DNA of 64,000 nucleotides. Origin: Candidatus Methanomethylophilaceae archaeon (lineage in GTDB: Archaea > Thermoplasmatota > Thermoplasmata > Methanomassiliicoccales > Methanomethylophilaceae). The DNA lies in contig CALUHR010000013.1 of the NCBI GenBank assembly GCA_944320495.1, forward strand, positions 64,001-128,000, read 5' to 3'. The position numbers and the translations under genes were made by a program. The notes below the pieces were generated by a model, which saw nothing but the letters and a program-made list of their open reading frames with translations, was not told the DNA's origin and ran no database searches. Shown one piece after another: positions 29,034 to 39,273 of the stretch. Each line of letters starts with the position of its first letter. Position 1 is the stretch's first letter.

Positions 29034-29819
29034 TCATCTCCCGAAGCGCCTGACGCGCTGCTGATAGGTGCGTATGGCCCTCAGCAGGTCTATGTGCCTG
29101 AATCCCGGCCAGTACACGTCCGTGAAGTATAGTTCGGAATAGGCGAGCTGCCAGAGCAGGAAGTTGGACACCCTGACCTCCCCGGACGTGCGGAGCACCA
29201 GGTCCGGGTCGGGCATCCCCGTGGTGGAGATGTACCCAGACACCGTGTCCTCGTCTATCTCGTCGACGGATATCTTCCCATCGACGGCGTCCTGGGCTAT
29301 CGCGCGGACGGCGTTGGCGATGTCCTGCCTCCCGCCGTAGGCGATGGCCATGTTGAGGAACCTCTCGTTGTATCCAGAGGTGCGCTCGTAGGCGTAGTCC
29401 ATCGCCTTGCGGACCTTCTCCGGAAGGAGATCCGTCTGGCCTATGACGCGGATGCCCACCATGTTGGCGTGCACGTCCTCGTCGTCGGCGAACTCGTACA
29501 GCGACTGCTCCAGCAGGTCCATGAGGTACTCGACCTCGTCCGAGTCCCGCTTGAAGTTCTCCATGGAGAACGCGTAGACGGTGAGGACCTTGATGTCCAG
29601 GTCCATGCACCAGTGGAGGACCTCCTCCAGCTTCTTACGGCCCAGCCTGTGGCCCTCGAGCGGCGGGCTGCCCAGCACCTCCTCGGCGTAGCGCCGGTTG
29701 CCGTCCATTATGATGGCTATGTGCTGGGGCATCTCCCCCGCACGCACCTCCTTCTCGAGCTGCGCGTCGTAGGTGGCATACGCCCTGTCTGTTAATATCC
29801 CCTTGAGGTCCATGCTCAT
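29034..29819 (-). CDS. uppS: Undecaprenyl/polyprenyl diphosphate synthase (cis-prenyltransferase)
   Basis: 'HIAIIMDGNRRYA', 'TVYAFS.ENFKR', 'AIAYGGRQDI', 'PDLVLRTSGEVRVSNFLLWQ.AYSE', 'RRFG'. Confidence 0.95.
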   Translation of the reverse strand: MSMDLKGILTDRAYATYDAQLEKEVRAGEMPQHIAIIMDGNRRYAEEVLGSPPLEGHRLGRKKLEEVLHWCMDLDIKVLTVYAFSMENFKRDSDEVEYLMDLLEQSLYEFADDEDVHANMVGIRVIGQTDLLPEKVRKAMDYAYERTSGYNERFLNMAIAYGGRQDIANAVRAIAQDAVDGKISVDEIDEDTVSGYISTTGMPDPDLVLRTSGEVRVSNFLLWQLAYSELYFTDVYWPGFRHIDLLRAIRTYQQRVRRFGR

Positions 29820-30763
29820 TCGAAGTCCTCGGGGATCCCCGCGGCCCTCTCGCCGATGTCGAAGCATCCTATGGCAGCGACGGCGCCGATGACGCCCTTG
29901 GTCCCGGTGACGCTGATGATCTGGACCCCGCACTCCTCGGCGACGCGGACGGCATCGTCCGTCGTGTACAGGACGGATTTGCAGGACCAGCCGTACTCCC
30001 TGAGGCGCTCCGGGATCTCCAGACCCTGGAACACTGTCAGGACCGCGTCCTCGGAGTAGCTCTCCTTGCGGACGAAGTCCACGGCGTACTCGATGAGCGC
30101 CGGGATCTCCTCCTCGCGCACGGCGAAGGAGACGGCGGTGGAGCAGCAGTTGGTGGTCTTGTTGGGGACCTTCGGGTTGAGCTGGATGATCTTGTGCTCC
30201 AGGAACCTCCCCACGGGGCAGGTGGTCCCGAGCTTGAGGGACACCACCCACGAGGCGCCGGCCTCCTTGGTGTCGGTGTCGTCGATGCCGATGATCACCC
30301 TGACCATCTTGGGCGTGATGATGTCCACGTGGGCGCGGTGCGCCCCTCCGATGGTGAAGTCGTCCGGATACTCGGTGCGGATCACATCGGGGCACTGCGG
30401 TATGCACGCGCCGATGCCGACGGAGGCGCCGGCTATGCCGTACCAGGTGGTGCGGACCTCGTCCCCCTCCACCTTCAGGGCGCTGAGCCCCTGGCCGCCC
30501 ACGTCGGAGGACACTGGGCCGAAGCTCAGCTCGCTCTCCCCGATGCGGGCGTTCATCACGAGCATGTCCGACTCCTGGCGGATATCCTCTATGACGCCCT
30601 TGGTGCGGCGCCTATTGACCAGGTCCCACTCGCCGGGGCCCTTGGAGGCGCATTTCTCGACGATCATGGCCTTGCCGGCCTTCTCGTCCACCAGGGTGTA
30701 GAACCCCCTGCAGAACAGAGGCCCGTACTTCGCGCGGACCTCGTCCGGTCTCAGCACGTACAT
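29816..30763 (-). CDS. Methanogenesis marker protein 11 (contains a TiaS-like GxDDTD domain)
   Basis: 'GIAGASVG...C', 'IIGIDDTDT.E.GASW', 'KTTNCCSTAV.F', 'G..G.IGAVAAIG'. Confidence 0.75.
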   Translation of the reverse strand: MYVLRPDEVRAKYGPLFCRGFYTLVDEKAGKAMIVEKCASKGPGEWDLVNRRRTKGVIEDIRQESDMLVMNARIGESELSFGPVSSDVGGQGLSALKVEGDEVRTTWYGIAGASVGIGACIPQCPDVIRTEYPDDFTIGGAHRAHVDIITPKMVRVIIGIDDTDTKEAGASWVVSLKLGTTCPVGRFLEHKIIQLNPKVPNKTTNCCSTAVSFAVREEEIPALIEYAVDFVRKESYSEDAVLTVFQGLEIPERLREYGWSCKSVLYTTDDAVRVAEECGVQIISVTGTKGVIGAVAAIGCFDIGERAAGIPEDFE

Positions 30764-31440
30764 CGCTCGACCTCCTCGTCGTCATCGTCGACCGGACCGG
30801 TGTCCCAGTCCTCCGGGTCGGCGATGTCGATGGCGTCCGACGGGACGTGCTTGCAGAGGAACACAGTCCTGGCGGCCCTGCCGATGTCGGCGCCCATCTC
30901 GATGCAGACGCCGGTGTCTATGACCAGGATCTCGGGTTCGTCCATCCTGACGGACCCTGCGCGGACGGCGTCGCGGAACGACAGGGACAGATGGACCATG
31001 TTGCGGTCCGTCGGCGATATGCCGTCGCGGAGGATGTCCTCGGTCTCCTCGGGGGAGACGGGGTAGAACAGCTCCGGGGGTATGTCCTCGTTGTCCAGCT
31101 TGAGGTCCAGCGGGATGGTGTGGCCGTACGTGGCGCGGACCTTGCCGCCGGCGATGGAGTAGCGGCCCTTCGGGTCGGTCTCCACCAGGGCCTCGATGTG
31201 CCTCGGCCTCAGCCAGTTCATGTAGGTGTGGCGCCCCCTGATCAGGGCGACCACCTGCTGCATGGGCACCCAGCCCTGATCGTCCATGTCCGGCTCGAAC
31301 TTGCCGTGCCTAAGGATGGCGGCAAGCGTGCGTCCGATCCTCTCGACCTCCTTGTCAGAAAGGATGAACTTGCCCTCCTCCCCGCAGTGGGGACATCTCT
31401 CGTCACGGAAGTAGCCGTGTTCCTCGCATTCCCTTATCAT
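30763..31440 (-). CDS. kptA: RNA 2'-phosphotransferase KptA/Tpt1 with N-terminal zinc finger (CGA stop 30765-30763)
   Basis: 'C.EHGYFR...CP.CG', 'LAAILRH', 'D..GW', 'KGRY', 'RATYGH', 'R.MVHLS'. The CGA overlaps the next ATG (CGATG). Confidence 0.88.
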
Positions 31441-32327
31441 CTTGATACCCCCGCTGCCTTCTCGGCCGCGCGGACGGCGTTGGCCATCAGCATGCAGATC
31501 GTCATCGGTCCGACCCCTCCCGGGACCGGCGTGATAGCCGATGCGACCTCCTTCACGGCATCGAAGTCCACGTCCCCGACGAGCCTGCTGCCCTTGGGGT
31601 GCGTCGGATCATCGACCCTGTTGGTGCCGACGTCGATCACGACCGCTCCCGGTCTGACCATGTCGGCCGTTATGAAGCGCGGCTTCCCGATCGCCACGAC
31701 CAGGATGTCCGCGGTGCGCGTGATCTCGGCGAGGTTGGCCGTCCTGGAGTGGACGACGGTGACCGTGGAATCCGCCCCAGGGCCCTTCTGGACCATCAGC
31801 GCGGCCATGGGCTTGCCCACGATGTTGCTCCTCCCGACGACCACCACGTGTTTGCCGGCGATCTCGACCCCGGAACGGACCAGCATCTGCTGGACGCCGG
31901 CGGGGGTGGCCGGCATGAAGTCCGGGTCCCCGATGAGGAGCTTCCCCACGTTGGACGGATGGAAGCAGTCCACGTCCTTCTCGGGGGATATCGAGGCGAT
32001 CACGACCTCCTCGTCGATGTGCGGAGGCAGCGGCAGCTGGACCAGGAACCCGTGGATGTCCTCGTCAGCGTTCAGCTCGGCGATCTTCCCGAGAAGCTCC
32101 TCCTGGGTGGTCTCGGCCGGCATGCGGATTATCCTCGAGCGCATCCCCAGCTCCTCGCACATCTCGCCCTTCTTCCTCACGTAGACCTGCGATGCGGGAT
32201 CGTCGCCCACGAGGATCACCGCGAGCCCGGGGACCGTCCCATGCTCCTTCAGGGATGCGATCCTCTGCCTGAGCTCCGCGTAGATCTCCTCCGAGACCTC
32301 CTTTCCCAGTATGAGCTTGGCTGTCAT
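31437..32327 (-). CDS. folD: Bifunctional methylene-THF dehydrogenase/cyclohydrolase
   Basis: 'PGLAVILVGDDPAS..YV..K', 'LVQLPLP', 'EKDVD.FHP.N.G', 'VGRSNIVGKP', 'ITPVPGGVGPMT'. Confidence 0.97.
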   Translation of the reverse strand: MTAKLILGKEVSEEIYAELRQRIASLKEHGTVPGLAVILVGDDPASQVYVRKKGEMCEELGMRSRIIRMPAETTQEELLGKIAELNADEDIHGFLVQLPLPPHIDEEVVIASISPEKDVDCFHPSNVGKLLIGDPDFMPATPAGVQQMLVRSGVEIAGKHVVVVGRSNIVGKPMAALMVQKGPGADSTVTVVHSRTANLAEITRTADILVVAIGKPRFITADMVRPGAVVIDVGTNRVDDPTHPKGSRLVGDVDFDAVKEVASAITPVPGGVGPMTICMLMANAVRAAEKAAGVSR

Positions 32328-32527
32328 CTGCCTCCTCCTTCTGGCCGCCCATCGCCAATCCCATATAAAGAGAAACGCGCGCGTGGAAGGGTGGGTCTGA
32401 CGGCCGACATAGCCTACGGATGGGCCCGTAGGACTCCCTATGATACCTCGACAACGAACTTAACGGTCCCGAGACTGGACAGCCACTGCTGTGATCCCAT
32501 GACCGATTCACGCATGGAGGCGCCGCG

Positions 32528-33799
32528 ATGAGCGGCTTCGGACTGACCAGGACCGAGAGGTCCTGGGTCATGTACGACGTGGGGAACTCCGCGTTCACCC
32601 TGATGCTCTCGACCATCATCCCGATCTACTTCAACTCGGTCGCGGGCGAGGAGCTCTCGTCCGTAGACTATCTGGCATACTGGGGATACGCCGCCTCTAT
32701 CGCCACCCTCCTGTGCGCCGTCCTCGGGCCCGTGCTCGGAGCCTACTCAGACCGCAGCGGCCTGAGGATGAGGATGTTCGTGGCCGCCCTCGGGGTCGGC
32801 GTGATCGGATGCGCCCTTCTGGGATTCATCAGCGCATGGCTGGCCTTCCTGGTGGTGCTAGTGGTGACGAGGCTCGGATACTCCCTGAGCCTGGTGTTCT
32901 ACGACTCGATGCTCGTGGACGTCACCACACCGTCCCATTCCGACAGGGTCTCCGCGGCCGGATACGCGTGGGGGTACATCGGCAGCTGCGTGCCGTTCGT
33001 CGCCTGCCTGGTCCTCATCCTCGGATGTGATTCGTTCGGCATGACCATGGGCCAGGCGATGACCGTGTCCCTCATCGTAATCGCCGCGTGGTGGGTCGCC
33101 GCCAGCATCCCGCTCGTGAAGAACTACAAGCAGATCCACAGCGTCGACGCGAGGTCCGAGGGGGCGCTCCGCACCCTCGCGAGGACGATCCGCAACGCCA
33201 GGGGAGAGAGGAAGGCGTTCGTCTTCCTCGTCGCGTTCTTCTTCTACATCGACGGGGTCTACACGATCATCGAGATGGCCACCGCCTACGGGCAGTCCAT
33301 GGGCCTCGACACAACGATGCTGCTCGTCGCACTTCTGGTGACACAGGTGGTGGCGTTCCCGTTCACCATCGCCTTCGGCAGGATGTCGACCAGGTTCGAC
33401 ACGTCCAGACTCATCATGGTCTGCATCGTGGCGTACATGCTCATCACGGTCGTCGCGTTCTTCATGACGTCCATCACCCAGTTCTTCGCGCTGGCCGTCA
33501 TGGTCGGGATGTTCCAGGGAGGGATCCAGGCGCTCTCCAGGTCCCACTTCTCCAGGATCATCCCGCCGGAGAGGGCGGGCGAGTTCTTCGGGCTCATGGA
33601 CATCTTCGGCAAGGGGGCGTCCTTCACTGGGACACTGGTGGTCTCCGCGGTCAGCCAGCTGACCGGACAGACCTCCTTCGGGATCCTGTCCCTCGTGGCG
33701 CTCTTCGCGATAGGTCTGGCACTGTTGGTCGTGTCATCCCGTACGCCTTCGAACAGGGATCATTCGGACACGGCGTGCACGGAGGCGCAATCGGCTTGA
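32528..33799 (+). CDS. MFS transporter, UMF1/Atg22-like family
   Basis: 'SWVMYDVGNSAF', 'P.LGAYSD', 'SLVFYDSML', 'GYIGS', 'FFYIDG', 'GGIQALSRS', 'EFFG...IFGK'. Confidence 0.88.
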   Translation: MSGFGLTRTERSWVMYDVGNSAFTLMLSTIIPIYFNSVAGEELSSVDYLAYWGYAASIATLLCAVLGPVLGAYSDRSGLRMRMFVAALGVGVIGCALLGFISAWLAFLVVLVVTRLGYSLSLVFYDSMLVDVTTPSHSDRVSAAGYAWGYIGSCVPFVACLVLILGCDSFGMTMGQAMTVSLIVIAAWWVAASIPLVKNYKQIHSVDARSEGALRTLARTIRNARGERKAFVFLVAFFFYIDGVYTIIEMATAYGQSMGLDTTMLLVALLVTQVVAFPFTIAFGRMSTRFDTSRLIMVCIVAYMLITVVAFFMTSITQFFALAVMVGMFQGGIQALSRSHFSRIIPPERAGEFFGLMDIFGKGASFTGTLVVSAVSQLTGQTSFGILSLVALFAIGLALLVVSSRTPSNRDHSDTACTEAQSA

Positions 33800-33824
33800 A
33801 CCAGCCGGCGATGGAAGTGACGAT

Positions 33825-34616
33825 ATGCCGTCGACTTACGCCCACCTGAGACTCGGACGCGAAGTGCTCGAGAGGCTCGATGGAGAGCCCCGCAGGGTCT
33901 GCGAGGAGCATGGGGGCCTGTACCTGATAGGCCTGCACGGCCCGGACATCCTGTTCTACTACGATGCGCTTCACAGGAACCCCGTCAGCTCGGTGGGCTT
34001 CGGGATGCACGACAGACCGGGGAGGGAGCTGTTCGAGCGCGCGAAGGCCTCGCTCCCGGAAACAGGGGACGCGGGCAGGGCGTACGCTTACGGGTTCGCC
34101 TGCCACTTCGCGCTGGACAGTGAGGCACACCCGTACATCGAGGAGTACATCCATGCCCACGGGGTGGCCCACACGGCCATCGAGGGGGAGTTCGACAGGA
34201 TGCTGCTCGAGAGGGACGGCATCGAACCCAAGAGGGCGTACCTCGCCGGCCACATATCCGCCGATGAGAGTGACTGCAAGGTGATCTCCAGGTTCTTCCC
34301 CGGCGTGACCCCGGAGCAGGTCTCCAGGGCCCTGGAGGACATGAGGAGGTACAACAGGCTCCTGGTCGCCCCGGGGAGATTCAAAAGATGGGTCATCGAG
34401 CGCACCCTGAGGAGGAGCGGGAACTACGATGACATGATTGGCCTGGTCCTGAGGAACGAGCCGGACCCCCGGTGCGGGGAGAGCGACAGGGAGCTGGACC
34501 GCATCTACGACGGGGCGGTCGCCCTGTCGGTGGGGCTCATCGGCGACCTCGAGAGGTACTTCGACGGCTCCGCCGAGCTTCCCCCGAGGTTCGACAGGAC
34601 CTTCTCCTACATGTGA
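33825..34616 (+). CDS. Zinc-dependent phospholipase C family protein
   Basis: N-terminal 'MPSTYAH', 'G..GPDILFY', 'H', 'AY.YGFACHFALDS..HPY', 'H..IE..FD'. Confidence 0.75.
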   Translation: MPSTYAHLRLGREVLERLDGEPRRVCEEHGGLYLIGLHGPDILFYYDALHRNPVSSVGFGMHDRPGRELFERAKASLPETGDAGRAYAYGFACHFALDSEAHPYIEEYIHAHGVAHTAIEGEFDRMLLERDGIEPKRAYLAGHISADESDCKVISRFFPGVTPEQVSRALEDMRRYNRLLVAPGRFKRWVIERTLRRSGNYDDMIGLVLRNEPDPRCGESDRELDRIYDGAVALSVGLIGDLERYFDGSAELPPRFDRTFSYM

Positions 34617-34620
34617 CGGA

Positions 34621-36522
34621 TCGGACCCGCCCGACCCTCATGGTGGCCACCGGGCGGTCCCTCATGAAGCCGCTCACAACGATGTCGTACATCAGGTCGC
34701 GGTTGTCCCTGTAGGCGTCCATGACCGCCTCCGCCCTGCGGACGCACTCCGCCTCGTACGGGTCCAGGCCGGACACGTCCATCTCGGCCATCTCCACCTC
34801 GGAGTCCAGGTCCTCAGACATGGCCTCCCTGACCTTCGCCCTGCAGGCCTCCGACATCCCCGGGACGGACCTGTAGAGGGAGGAGCACTGCATGGACAGG
34901 GAGTCCTGCCTCATCATGAACCTCCTCAGCATCGGATCCGAGTCGCGGTCGGCGTTGATGAGCATCTTCTGGGAGACGCTGGCGGAGATTATCGCCAGCC
35001 CGGCCTCCTCCTCGGAGTCGTCCCTCCCGTCCAGCATGTCGCGGATGTTGCGGATCCTCTCGAGGCCTATGGCCAGCGAGCGGGCGGCCAGCTCCCTGTT
35101 CTCGTCGGATATCCTGTACGGGAGGACCACGCGGTTCGCGACCACGGCCACGAACACGCCGGCCAGCGTGAACAGGACGCGGTCGGCCGCCAGCGTCTCC
35201 GACGGCGAGACCATGGAGGATGCCACCAGCACCAGGATCGTGTAGAACAGCAGCCTGGTCTCGTAGCGGTCCGTCCCGACGACGACGTACGCGTAGCCGG
35301 CGAACAGTCCGACGGCCAGCATGAGTAGCGCATCGTAGCCGGCGACCGCCCACAGCACCAGGAATGCGGCGGCTCCTGCGAGCGTATGTGCCAGACGCAG
35401 CATGGATCCCCTCCACGAGTCCTCCAGGTACGGTACCACGGCGGCAACGACGGTGAACAGCATCCACTGGGCATTCTCCCATCCCCAGTACGACCATGCG
35501 AAGGCCACCAGGGCGAACATCAGGCCCATGCGGACACCGAAGGTGAACCTCGCCGAGTCCCTGCGGGCCTCCTCGCGGAGGGTCCGGATGACGGCGCGGA
35601 CGGTCGGGAGCCTGCCCTCACCGTACTCGCCCTCGGCCCCGGACTCCAGGGACTCCAGGCATCTGGCCATCTCCCTCAGCGCGATGACCGTGGATCTGCC
35701 GGCATCCGGATTGGAGGCCAGGAGCGCGTCGACCGCGGAGCGCACCGCGGAGGCCCCCACCTCGCCCGTCTCATGGGACGACACGATGGACATCAGCGGC
35801 CTCATGCCCCTCAGGACCCCTTCCGACCTCTCCGTCCTGCAGACAGAGCGGCCCACGTCCATGAGGGCCACGACCAGGTCGAGAACCCTCCTATCGCGCG
35901 GCGTGGTAAAGAAGTTGCCCTTCAGACGGTCGTACATCATACGATTCATGTCCGTGCACAGACGACCGAGGTCGGCCACGCTTGGCTCCCCTCCGTCCAG
36001 CACCTCGTCCGCGCACCTGGAGACCTCGTCGCATATGGCGATGACCCCGCGGTGACTGGAGCTGACCCTGCTGCCGCGATTCACCATCACGTTGAGCGCG
36101 ACGATGAAGACGGCGCTGACTGCCAGCACGAGCAGGCGGTCGGGCATCTCCTCCAGGGTCACGGGGAGCGTGACCATCGAGGCGTAGAACAGCAGCATGG
36201 GGAAGTGCATCGGGGAGCGGAGGTCCTGCATGGAGACGAAGACCACCACGAACACTACCACGAAGTTGACCGCGAGACCGAGGAACGGGTCCAGGGACGC
36301 CACGAAGGCCCCCAGACCCATGAAGACCATGAAGACCATCAGGCTCGCGAGATTCGAGAACGGGCGCGACGACAGGTCCTTCGAGAGCATCAGCATCGCG
36401 GCCGAGGAGACGGTGATCCCCAGCAGGGCGTAACGGGTCCCGAAGAGGAACAGGAACACCGCCATGAAGGCGCATATGACGGCGAACGTGAGCGTCTTGC
36501 CTCCCAAGGTCCTGCCGTCCAT
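34621..36522 (-). CDS. FUSC-family (YeeA/YccS-like) membrane protein (633 aa with CGA stop 34623-34621)
   Basis: Two TM bundles; 'F.VRMGL', 'W...T...V.PY', 'R...TLAG', 'DRVLFTLAGV..AVVANRVVLP'. Confidence 0.78.
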
Positions 36523-36601
36523 GGCATCGTCAGCGCGTGTACCTATTTAGAGACCCCGCGGACGGCAACAGATATGAACGGCGCAGGGGCATCATCGGCG
36601 C

Positions 36602-37504
36602 ATGAGGTCCGCGCTCCTGATACTGCCCATCCTTTCGGGTGTGATGTGGGGCGCAGCGGGGATATTCGTCCGCACACTCTCGGAGTACGGCTTCGACGGT
36701 CAGACCATCGCGTTCTCGCGCGTGCTCATCGCCATGGCCATGATGCTCCTGCTGATCCTGGCAACCGACAGGAGGATGCTCTCGTTCAGGAGGCGCGACA
36801 TCTGGCTGTTCGTCCTGTGCGCGGTGTCGATGACGGGGCTGAACGTGTTCTACACCATAGCCGCCGACGAGCTCTCGCTCTCCCTGGCGGCTGTCCTGCT
36901 CAGCCTGTCCCCGGTGTTCATGGTCCTCATCGCCCGCGTCATATTCGGCGAGGCCATCACCAGGCGCAAGGTGTTCTGCATAGCCGTATCCATCGTGGGA
37001 TGCGTCCTGGTGAGCGGATACCTCGAGAACGAATCTACGCTCTCGATGTTCGGCATCGCGTCAGGAATAGTCGCGGCGGTGTTCTACGCCGTCTACGGAA
37101 TAGCGTCGAAGAAGGCCTCCGCCAGCGGCTACAGCGTCTACACCACGCTGTTCTACTGCATGCTGATCTCCATGGTCATCCTGATCCCGTTCTCAGACCT
37201 CGGCATCGTGGCCGACTACGCGGGCGAGGGGGCCTGGGAGATCGGATTCCTGGTACTGCAGGCGGCGGTGGCATCGTTCCTGCCGTACATCCTGTACTCG
37301 GTGGCGATGGCGCGCATCGAGGCGGGCACGGGGTCGCTCCTGGCGGCCTGCGGGGAGCCGGTGGCGGCCGCCGTGTTCGGACTCCTGGTGTTCGCGGAGG
37401 TGCCGAGCCCGATCATGGTTGTCGGCATGGCCCTCGCCATCGGGGCGATGGCCACGATATGCATGAACCCCAAGAGGGAGGGGAACCTCGCGGAGGATCA
37501 TCGA
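36602..37504 (+). CDS. EamA/DMT family transporter (300 aa with CGA stop 37502-37504)
   Basis: 'MWGAAG.F', 'SLAAVLL.LSPVF', 'LPY.LY..AM.RIEAG..SLL...EPV.AAV.G...F.E'. Confidence 0.9.
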
Positions 37505-37953
37505 AGAAGCGGGCGTTCCATCACGATGCGCATGAGGCCGGCCCTTCCGGACTCCCGGAACCCCTTCCTGGAGTACAGCGAGATCGCCCCGGCGTTCCTC
37601 TCGTTGACCTCCAGGACGATCGAACGCGCCCCGGAGGAGCGGGCGATCCCCTCAACGCGGTCGATGGCCCTCGAACCGAGGCCGAGGCCACGGAACCCCT
37701 CGAAGAGGTAGAGCTTGCCCAGGTGCATCGCGTCCCCCTCCATGCCATAGGCGAGATATCCGGCGCGGACCCCGCACACTGTGATCCACTCGTAGACCAT
37801 GCCCTCGGCCATCTGCCTCCTTATGCCCTCGGACGACTGCTCCTGCTCCAGGAACTCGTCGAGGAGATCGTCCGGCACGTATGAGTAGACCTCTCTGAGT
37901 AGGGAGTATGCCAGACCGGAGAGCTCGTCGGCGTCCTCGGGACCCAGGCGCAT
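37501..37953 (-). CDS. GNAT family N-acetyltransferase
   Basis: 'LGKLYL...FRGLGLG', 'LEVNERN..AISLY.RKGF'. Ends CGA(37503-37501) immediately followed by TGA(37500-37498). Confidence 0.88.
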
Positions 37954-37963
37954 GAAACCCGCT

Positions 37964-38515
37964 TCGCTCAAGCAGCCTGCCCCCATCGTTCCAGTTGCCG
38001 CGGATCAGACCGCGGCGGGTGTCCGAGATGAACGAGTCCAGCCTGCTCCTGTAGGCCTCGGGCCTGTCGCGGTACAGCTGCACGTTCCCGAGCCTCACGC
38101 GGACGTACAGGTCCGGCAGGACCTGGAAGTTCTCCCAGACGACCGGGTCCGCCCTCAGCTCGTCGAGGACCGCCTCGTCCACGGAGAACGACATGTCCGG
38201 TAGGACCGCCCTGCCGGCGTCCGTCATGAGGCCCAGGCGCTCCAGCCTGCGGCAGCGCGCCTTGTTGAGCTCCGTCCATCTCGACCCCTTGCGGGGAGAG
38301 AACCTCTGGACAGTGCCCAGCTCCGGGTCCTTCCTGACCGTGGAATCGATCCAGCCGAAGCACAGGGCCTCCTCGACCGCATCGACGTACGGCAGGATGC
38401 CCGTCTGGGCCTTCGTCCTGTCCACCGCGACCCAACAGCCCCGGGAGGACCGATGGTTGTCCTCCAGCCAGGACCTGAAACCGGCACGGTCCAGGACGAG
38501 GACGTCCTGCTCCAT
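37964..38515 (-). CDS. YdeI/OmpD-associated family protein (183 aa with CGA stop 37966-37964)
   Basis: 'FR.WL..NH......W', 'DAVEEALCFGWIDS', 'RFSPRK.S.W...NK.R...L...GLMT.AG'. Confidence 0.85.
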
Positions 38516-39273
38516 CGGATGACCCCCGGTCTGTAGCCGATGTCGAGGATCCCCTCAATGACCCTGCGGACGTCGTCCGACGCCCTGTCGGCATCTTCGC
38601 GGGACATGACCCCTCCGTCCCTAGTCTCGACCATGTGCCAGGAGTGGTCTGCGATGACGATGTCTCCCTCCGCGGAGGCGGCCATGGCGATGTAGTCCCC
38701 GGGCCCCCTCCTGCCCTCGTGCATCGGCCAGAGGTAGGCGGCGATGACCTTGCCCCCTGGATCCCTGGCCTTGTTCACGGGAAACTCGACCATGTCCTCC
38801 AGAAGGAACGGCTCCGACGGGGAGCCCACATCCGTGTAGGACGATGAGTCGTGCCTGATACCCAGGCGGCGCACGGCGCTCAGGACCCTCGCGTCGGCGG
38901 TCATGTACGGCGCACGCGAGCAGACGGGCCTGCCCACCCTGTCGGAGACAGCCGAGAAGGAACGTGCCAGCGTGCCGCGGAGATGGTCATCCCCCAGGGA
39001 AGTCAGGTCCTCGTGGTCGTAGCCGTGGACGCCTATCGAATGCCCGGCGGCGCGTGCGCAGTCTATGACCTCGGAGGTGCGGCCCTCGAAGAACAGCGTG
39101 CCGCGGATGCCGATGCCGTCGAGCAGATCCAGTATCGCGCCCAGACCCCTCTCCGAGGACGAGAAGCGGGGGGCGTCGCCGAAGCCCCTGTCCAGGGACC
39201 CGGCGGCGACCCTCCCCGGGACGCGCACGTTGACGTCCCGGTCTATGTCGGCGGTGTAGTACAGCCGTCTCAT
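38515..39273 (-). CDS. Polysaccharide deacetylase (NodB-like) family protein (252 aa with CGA stop 38517-38515)
   Basis: 'T.DID.D', 'ILDLLD..GIRGTLF', 'IGVHGYDH', 'RAPY', 'HDSS', 'HSWH'. The CGA overlaps the next ATG. Confidence 0.82.
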
